Below are positions 23,542-32,000 of a stretch of DNA of 32,000 bases, in pieces. The translations under genes and the position numbers were made by a program. Where the stretch lies: positions 22,142 through 54,141 of the forward strand of contig CBCPMS020000365.1 in assembly GCA_965120305.2 (NCBI GenBank), in the 5' to 3' direction. Under the pieces are notes generated by a model. The model saw nothing but the letters and a program-made list of their open reading frames with translations. It was not told where the DNA came from and ran no database searches. Numbering within the stretch: position 1 is the stretch's first letter; every line of letters starts with the position of its first letter. The stretch is from Rotaria socialis (Eukaryota).

Positions 23542-24138
23542 ATGACTACATTAGTGGAGCCAAATACATCGATGGGTGAACGTATCAATTATCTATCAAA
23601 CCATTTAATTGTTTTGTCATTAAATATTCACGTCGAATTAAACGATGGTCGTTTTTCACTCACGAATTTAAATGAAATTCGAAAACATTCCGATCTTAGT
23701 CTACTATCATCTTCATTTTCTAATATATTCATTGATGAATTACTCTCATGTGTCGAATACTATTGTCATCAAGTAACTGAATTAACAGATTCGTTGCATT
23801 TAGTCATTCGATCTTTACTATCAATAACCAATCTTAGTCAAATCATGGATGATCTATCTAGAGGTTCTCAATTGTGTTTAGATGTTATTAAAATCTATCA
23901 TACCGATCGAATGCAAGCTGTTCAATCTATGCTATCGAGCCCATATCGGGAAGACGCTTGGCATTTTGTTTATGAACTTGATTCAACTATATTTAGTAAA
24001 TGTCGAATAATGTTAATACGTCTACGAATGTATTTTCTTCTCATGCATCAAATACTTTTCAATGATATAAAACAAAAATCTCCTATGTCAATATCAAATA
24101 ATTCTAAGCGCCGAAAACATGTCGATTTCAATGTGTAA
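23542..24138 (+). CDS. hypothetical helical protein
   Basis: Intronless 198-aa ORF from ATG, MTTLVEPNTSMGERINYLSNHLIVLSLNIHVELNDGRFSLTNLNEIRKHSDL..., ending in a basic tail SKRRKHVDFNV. It is the only long ORF in the local strand context. No family recognised. Confidence 0.6.
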   Translation: MTTLVEPNTSMGERINYLSNHLIVLSLNIHVELNDGRFSLTNLNEIRKHSDLSLLSSSFSNIFIDELLSCVEYYCHQVTELTDSLHLVIRSLLSITNLSQIMDDLSRGSQLCLDVIKIYHTDRMQAVQSMLSSPYREDAWHFVYELDSTIFSKCRIMLIRLRMYFLLMHQILFNDIKQKSPMSISNNSKRRKHVDFNV

Positions 24139-24642
24139 ATTTTTATTTATGATAGAAAAAAATAGTTGAATTACGAATGAATAATAGATGAGAGAGAGAA
24201 AAAAAAGAAAAGAAACGAGAACACAAAAAGTAAATTATGAACAAAAAAAGAGAAGAAAAAAATGAAATCAAAACTTTAGACAATCATACCATACAAGATT
24301 CACACGATTCAAAAACGCATCAGCAATCGTTAGTTTTTGTTTCCGTCTTAGTTTCCGAAATAGTATATAAAAAACAAAAGAAAAGAACAAGAAGCATTGA
24401 CAGCAGCTCTAATGAATGATTTTGCACTCCTATTCATATGTGTATATATATATAAGCAAAATCGATAGATAAATAATAAACTATTCTAACGTCGTTTGCT
24501 TATTTATTTAGGTCTTTGGTTGTGTCTAATTAACCTTATCATTGGAACTGATGGAATTTTCTTGAGCGAGAGAAAAAGATCGTAGAAAAGAAATAAAAGA
24601 ACACTGAACTTTTTATAATTGATGCTCGTACAAGCAAAGAGA

Positions 24643-24660
24643 AAGCACACACACACACAC
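24643..24660. repeat. (AC)n microsatellite, approximate coordinates
   Basis: cacacacacacacacacg run directly visible. Confidence 0.7.
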
Positions 24661-24731
24661 GGAAGAATCATTCAATTGATGTTCATTCACACAGAACAAT
24701 CTGACATCCACCACATACATATTTATGTTAT

Positions 24732-27700
24732 TTATTGATAACGATTTGCAAATCGAGTTGGTGGTTGTGGACGATAATTATCCGATAGTGGTGAATCGTG
24801 ACCTCCAGCTGAATCATTATCCTCTTCTTCATCACTATATTGCCTATTGAGATAGAAAATAGGTTGGAAAACAAAAATGAATAAAATTTACCCCTGAATG
24901 TTTCCTGTTTTTTTCTTTGCCGCACTTTTCTGCTTCACTTGCTTGACTGATGTTCGATTACGCTGAAGAACTTGTCCTTGAGAATTTAAGCGATTCTGTT
25001 GTAAAACAACATTTTGTGTTGAGCCATAACCTGAATTTGGACTGATTGAGCCTGGTGTTGCATAGTCAGCTAAGATTCCTGATGATGATAATGATTGCGA
25101 TGGGCGAATGGGTGTTGACATGATAAGATCATTCAATGATGTTGAACCCCAATTACGATTGTGTTCAGTGTTAGCATTTAAGTTTTCATTATCACTATAG
25201 GCACGATGTGTATCGTTATTTGGTGGTGACACAAAATGCCGTAATGTTGAATTTGGTGTTGCAGTTTCATGATTGGATACGTGTGGAAAGCCAGTTGACG
25301 TATAACGGGTTTGATAATCATTGGTATTGTTTGTTACATTTCTACGACGATTTGATGTTGATTTTGAGAAGTCATATGTTGTTGGTGAATTTGAATTTTC
25401 ATTTGTTTGAACATCGAGATTATTATAAAGTGCATCGATTTGATCGATCGTATCGCTAAAACCACTCGTATTATTATTGTTGGTATTTGATTGTCGATAA
25501 TGACGATGCACAATTTGATTAAGTTTATCAAAACTATCATTATTTAATGGTTGATAATTACTAGATTGTTTTGTACGATAGTGTGATGGAAGTCTTGATG
25601 CCACTTGATCATTATTTCTATAACGTCGCGCGTGTGATGATGGCGTATTTGAGGATCGAGAATTTACGTTCATATTCAATCCGGTACCACTTGATTGTTC
25701 ATCGCTTGAATAATTCGGATTGATGCCTTGTGAACGTAATTCATCAGCACTAAAATAACCTGATGAACGATTTAATGAGCGATCCGACGAATGAAAATCA
25801 CTGTTAATCACAACAGTGTTTCCTGGTCGTGCAGCAATATTTTGAATTGAAACGCGTCCATCTCTCGATGTTGTGACAATTGCACGCGATGCTTGATCAA
25901 GTGCAACAACTGTTGGTTGTTCAGGTGATTGTGGTGGACGTTTTTCAATTTCGATTTCAAATTCTATACTCGGACCAAGAAGATTACCAAGACTTCCTGT
26001 ACGACGTTTAATTTGTCGGCGATAAGCTGATTTCGAACTCGATGGATAACCATATTGATCTTGTTCTTGTTGCTGTTGTCGATCTTGTTCGTGTAAAACT
26101 GAATGATATGATGAGGAGCGTGCATGAGGACCTATTGAACTTGAATATCCATTTGCAGTCTCAGAAGGACCTAGAATAAAAACAAAAAGAGTTTAAAATC
26201 TTTATTTTGTTTTCGAAAATCATAGATTGAGAGATCGGAATGAAAAACAAAAGATCATTAGTATGCACAGAAGCTTAAAGAATATACACATATAGATATA
26301 TAGATATAGATATTTGAGATGCGTTGGTTGCACCCAATCAGAAGGTAGTTGCGGTGCAGAAAACACGAACCTGAATTCGCTACGATAAAATAATATTTAT
26401 ATCAAATGCGTAAAATAAATTGAATAGGAAAATAATATTTGAGAAATTTTGTTTTTTATTTTCCTTCTCTATGAACGTACTTGTTCGTGATCGACTTTGT
26501 CGTTGTTGATAGTCTTGATTGATGATTGTGGATGGCCGATAATTCGAAGAATAAATACGTTCATATTGTAATTTCGCCAGTTGATTTTCTTCTTCTTCTT
26601 GTTGTTGTTGTTTTACTCGTGCATTAAGTTCCGGTTCACTGATTCCATGTCTGATTGTGGACGCAATTGGACTTGGTCTCATGCTATTACCATTTGATAA
26701 TTCAGGTACACGAACAATGGCAATGATTTCATTGGGTGTATATTTACCAAAGGTAACTTGATTTTGTGGACTTAATGATGTTATTTCCATGTTACGTGGA
26801 CCAGCACTTAATGTACGAACGTTTGAACGAGATGTTGAACTTTGAAGGAGACTATCTTGTGAACGATCTCGTTGTATAGGTTTAAACCATGTTTCTTCAA
26901 CACGTATTGGTTCTTCTCGTATGACTGTTTTTTTTGTTGTTGTTGTTGTTGCTGTGGAGGGTAATTGATATGATATCGTATCGGATTGTGGAGAATCGTA
27001 ACGATGCTGTTGAAAATTATTGTCACGAAAGGTTTGTATTTGTTGACGAATTTCATTTGTTGGTGTGTAAGTTGATTCTAGTGGTGAACGAATTGGTATT
27101 GGTGAAGCTGAAATAAAAAAGAAAAAGATTTACAAGAAATTTGTCTTTTTTCAAGACGAAAAACAAGAGCCTACCATTCGCTTTTGCTGATTCATAATAG
27201 TGTGTTCGATCATTTAAGAGAAATCTTTTTGCTGGTGTAACGACACGTGATGCTTCATCGGACGATGTTTCTGGTGAGCGTATTGGTGGAGCAGCTGTTG
27301 TTGTCGTTGTCGTTGTTGTTGTTGTGGTCACTTTTTTCGGTGCACTTGGACTGCCTGACCGTTCCGTGGTCGTTGTTGATTCTTTTATTTCATGTGTACG
27401 TTGTACTTGACATTCGACACGTGTTTCAGTTTCAATCGTTTCAATTTCATCGACAATCAGTGGTCTTGTCAATATGGTACGTGATTGAGTTGTGATTGGA
27501 ACTTTTCGTTGTGAACTTATTCCGCTATGATAATTAGCAATATTTTCATAATCGGACGGTGGTGTTGCTGTTATTTGACGTCGAATAGCGCGTGCTGGTT
27601 GTAATGGTTGCTGCTGCTGCTGCTGCTGCTGTGGTTGTGGTTGTTGTTTTAATTGATTATATTGATCAGGAGAAATAATTTCTGTATCATATCGATATAT

Positions 27701-30700
27701 TGATCGTGATACAGAATCGTCTCCGCCATGAATTGTTGTTTGATCTGTATCCGAAGCTTGTCGACGACCATAACGTGAACTTAATGTTGTTGTTACTGAA
27801 TCACCATAGATACCACTATCACGTGTGGTTGGCGTACGATTAACGTCGTCGTTCATGGACGATGATACATTATTACGCCATGATGATGAACTTGCGGGTA
27901 AACGTTGACTTGTAGCTGTTGAATATTCAAATATACCTGAATCGGAACCCATAAGGCCTTTATGTGGATCACGACTTGGTTTCATTGTTGTGCTCGTTAC
28001 TGGAATTTCTTGCGATAAATGTGGAGAAAGTTCTATCAGCAGACCTTTACCTAAGAAACAAAGCGAAATCATTTTGAGATTAACATGTAAAGTACGATGT
28101 TGTTAATCAAAGGAAGTGTTCTATTATGGGACATGGCTTTTTATCGTTCTCTCTATTTAATCCGCTTGAAATACAATAGAAACGCTGATATAACCTCTCA
28201 ATAGTCTATTGTTGAACATCAATTTTTTTTGATATATTCTAAACAAAGCTATGAGCACAAACCTTTGCTTGTCGGTACATGTGAAAGAATATTTTCCATA
28301 TTGGATTCCGTAAATGATGATTTATTTCGTTGACTAAGATATGCTGTATCATCCATTTGTTGTGATGTACTTTGTGAGAAATCTCTTAAACGTGTTTTTG
28401 GTGTACGTCTTCGTATATCGTACTGTTGTTCTTGTTGATTGGCTGGATCACTTAATTCATCTTCACTTTCATGGCCAGCATCTTCATCCTGTTTTTGTTT
28501 TACTGATTTTGGTGTACTTTGATAAATAGGTGGTGATGCACCACTTACGTCAGAATCAATCGATGAGATTATACGTTTATCTTTTGCTGGTGAATCAGTT
28601 GATATTGGAGGAACTTGTAGTTGTTCAGTTGATTTTGTTGTTGAAGATTCAAACGAAGATTTAATTGTTTCGTATCCTGTACGACTGAGACGATCGGCTG
28701 GTTTCGATTCGTTACTTTGAATATGTGATATACGTTCTGTAACGCGTGATGGTGCAGTATGTGTTTCACTCATACGACGTTCATGAGTATCGAATTCATC
28801 GATCTAATTAAAAATAAAATCTCTTCGAATAAAAATATTTCATATTCTCAAAACGACAATCTATGTGTGTCAGCGTAGTTGACTTTGACGTTGTTCGGAT
28901 TACTCTTAGTAGTATTTTTAAAATGTGATGTTTTTTAAATAGAAAAAACAAAAACAAAAATCACTCCACTATAGGTTTAGTAAGTGTAAAAATCAAAATG
29001 ATAAGACAATTATCTCATGATATATATTCCTACCTGAAAGATAGATAATTTTCCATTGAATACTTCATATTTTTCTTTCTTATATATCATTTTCTCATTA
29101 AAATTTTCGTCTTGATTAATTGATCTGTCTGTATGTATGTGAAGCTCACTACTCAATCTTTGTCTTCGGTGTCGTGTGTATATGATGGATTAGTTTGTGA
29201 ACAACTACAATATTGTACGATTCATGTCTTTTTTTTTTCTCTCGTTTTTAACGATAGAGTCAAATATATGTATTATATATGAAGTGATTTTAAAATTGTG
29301 AAGACAACAAAAAGATACCATCACCGGATAAGTATGATTTCAATACATACGATATGTGTTGGTTGTCGACCACTTATACGATAAATTCGTCTTTGTGGTA
29401 CAACCGTAGTCGATGTAACTTGCTGCTGTAAAAACGATGATGATTAACGAATCATAATCTTTTGAGCAAATTGATTTTACTTCTCCCCCATTTATGATTA
29501 GTATAAGACAGAAAAGACAAGGGAAAGCAAAACCCATGCGCACACTCAAGAAAGATAAGCAATTATTGACCCAAGGCAAGTTGACTGAAGAATTATTTTT
29601 TAAACGTCAAGAGCTATTTTGTTATTTCTTACCGATCGACGATTTGTTGATGTCCATCCTTTATTGGCTTGTTCTTGTTCTTCAAATATTCGTCGTCGTT
29701 GTTCAGTTAAGCCAGTTGTGATAGGTGATTTCGGTTTTGATTGATCATCTCTGATACTTCCACTCGTGACTGTGGTTGTTTCAAATGCATTTCTTAATGC
29801 TCCAACACGACCATAGCCTGTTCGATCAATTTTATTGTTGGTTGAATCATTTGAAGTGTCGAATTGCGGTTGTTCAAATCGTGCACGACGTTCATCAATG
29901 ATAGATGATGACGATGATCGTTTCGGTGGTTTCGGCCGACCTTCATCGGTGCGTGATGTTGAAATAAATTTCTTCGATGTTTCACGTGCTCGAAGAGACT
30001 AGAAAATATGATCAAGATTTTTTTTGATAAATGAAAAAAAAAGCTTCATGAAAGAAAAAAAAGAAGCAGAAGTTCGATCCTTGAAAATGTAATAAAGTTA
30101 GTCGTTCACACGATGCAATAACAAAAAAAAATGTAAAACACATATCAGTGTGTTGGCATACCATGCAAACGTGCAAGAATCACCTCTCGGTTTCTCAACT
30201 TACATCGGCGAATACCAATCTTTTATTTTCCTGTTCATCTTCATCCGATGTGGACGAAAGATGATAAATTTGCTGACGTAGATGTTTATCAGGTGACGGT
30301 CCGCGAGTTACACGAACGAGAATTTCTTTGACAGCATGTCTTGATGGGGGAGCTGCTGTCAATTTATTTTCTTCACTTAATATTTTATCATGTCCAGATT
30401 TATTTATTTGCGTATCTTGAAATGTTTGTTGAATATTTGTTGGCTCGATAATTACTCGTTGTGCTGTATAATTATCATTGATTGGCTTTCCAAGCTGTGA
30501 TACATAGGGAATTAGGGGAAATTAAATAGAAATATATTTTTTTCGCATTTCTTTCTTTTTCGTCTATCAAATTCTCCTTTACAAGAAACTGTTAATAATG
30601 AATAAAAAAAAAATCGCTGTGTTTCTCTTTATTACCTGATCAAATTGATCGTCATCTGATGTTGGTGCATAGATTTGTTTCATTTTAGATCGCCAATCGG

Positions 30701-31970
30701 AGTCTCGTCTTTGTCCAGCTTGATCAACAATGGTTGTCAAACCTTGATATGTACGATCACCAGTTGTCACATAGGCATCTGACATATCATCTTCAAATAA
30801 TCCACGTTGTTGTCGTTGTTGTTGTTGCTGTGTGTTAATTGCAAATCGTTGGTTTTGACCTGATGATGAACTGTCATCAGAATTCTTCTGTTCTAATTCA
30901 ACATGATATTCTTCGCTAACAAATTCTTCGTTTTGCTGTTGTCGACGATCGGCAACATGTACTGATGGTGTTATGATATTTGATATACGATCATAAGTTG
31001 ATGGTTGTTCTCTGGATATTGTTACTTGACTTGTCGATGGGATTGTTGTATATTGACCTGGGCGTACGCGGTCATAATTTGCAGATGATGTTGATGGTGA
31101 AGTTGTTGTATCAAATTTTCTATCAAAACGCTCTGCATTAGCGATACATTCGATGTCACGAGCAAGTTGCGAATCATAAACAATTTCCGTTGTATAAATA
31201 TCTTCGGATGACCAATGACGATTTCTTGGTGTAATTTCTAAAAGAAGTTTCAAATCCAAAAGTTCTTAATTAAACGAGACAAAAAAAAACTAAAGACTCA
31301 AATATTTACCAGTGATTACTTGACAATCAGGTGATATTGATGATCGTATGGAATGAGGAGGCTGTGATATTTCCTCATACACAGGACTTTCTGGACGTTC
31401 AATAGAAACAATAGGTGTTTGATTTGGATCCACCGAGTGAGCTGGTACACGTCGGAAAACTTCTTTAACGATATCATAACTTTTATGTCCTTTGATACGC
31501 TCATTTTTCTCTTTATACTCTTCTTTGATGACATCACTTTTAACACGTGCACCTATTGGATCAATTCTTCTACTCAATAATCTATTTGTATTTTTATCGA
31601 ATTCTTCGGTACGACGACAACGAAATTCTTCACTCCATTCTTCAAAAACAACTTCTTCACTTGACGTGGATTTTTCATCTTCACTAACATGCTGCACAAT
31701 AGTCTCACGTATGAGAACATCACCTCCGAGATCTTTGATTGGACTAGTCGAAGATGGCACTAAACGTGCACGTTCAACATCAGGTTTTTGTTCAGTTGGT
31801 AAGCGAGCTGGTGGTAAATGATCCGTTTGATCTCGTGATCTTGATGCAGCATAATGAAGCTCATTTGGTTCATTGTTAAAAGGAATTCTAGTAGTTTGAT
31901 ATTCAGTAGAATCAATCATTATTGGTTGTTGAATAGCCGGACCGGGGCGTGATGGACGCACTGAATAATA
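24732..31970 (-). CDS. long multi-exon Ser/Thr/Gln-rich, probably intrinsically disordered protein (continues past the right edge)
   Basis: Approximate exons: 31963-31310, 31246-30643, 30500-30204, 29998-29654, 28806-28263, ~28050-27174, ~27109-26481, ~26172-24890 and 24843-24732. The last junction is phase-checked: NIQG|QYSDEEEDNDSAGGHDSPLSDNYRPQPPTRFANRYQ*. The codon-like composition runs on one strand throughout. Possibly more than one gene. Confidence 0.6.
27612..27650 (-). repeat. CAG/CAA polyglutamine tract (QPQPQQQQQQQQ)
   Basis: gctgctgctgctgctgctgctg on the plus strand, translating to the polyQ segment in ORF 27053..28072. Confidence 0.85.
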
Positions 31971-32000
31971 ATAAAGCGAAAGAAAAAAAGTTAATTGAAA

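Noticed and set aside
24237-29721. Plus-strand ORFs inside the long minus-strand gene (25208..25459, 27247..27495, 28341..28529)
   Set aside because: They are antisense shadows of low-complexity codons, rich in V/L from reversed CAA/CAT/GAT codons, with no domain evidence.

Overview
AT-rich eukaryotic (invertebrate) DNA with short, mostly 50-100 bp GT/AG introns. Compact introns and a metazoan-type eukaryotic RdRP next to ordinary animal genes suggest a bdelloid rotifer or similar, but this is an inference. Main content: (1) 3474-4304, a foldback-like element with 63-bp tandem repeats in two opposed arrays, a ~40-bp spacer and 30-bp outer terminal inverted repeats (25/30 identical). (2) 5490/5502-10410 (+), a cellular RNA-dependent RNA polymerase of the QDE-1/EGO-1/RRF type with an intact SGSDLDGDEY catalytic motif. 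(3) 11539-13861 (+), a RING plus two B-box (TRIM-like) protein in four exons. (4) 14869-15465 (-), TOMM22. (5) 16071-18696 (-), the circularly permuted GTPase GNL1. (6) 19082-21720 (-), UDP-glucose 6-dehydrogenase. (7) 21773-22456 (-), a 2H-phosphoesterase-like ORF with both H-x-[TS] motifs. (8) 23542-24138 (+), an orphan ORF. (9) 24732-beyond 32000 (-), a long multi-exon, low-complexity gene. The left ~3.4 kb is mostly non-coding or decayed. The strongest candidates for follow-up are the foldback element and its proximity to the RdRP gene, although any functional link between them is speculative.
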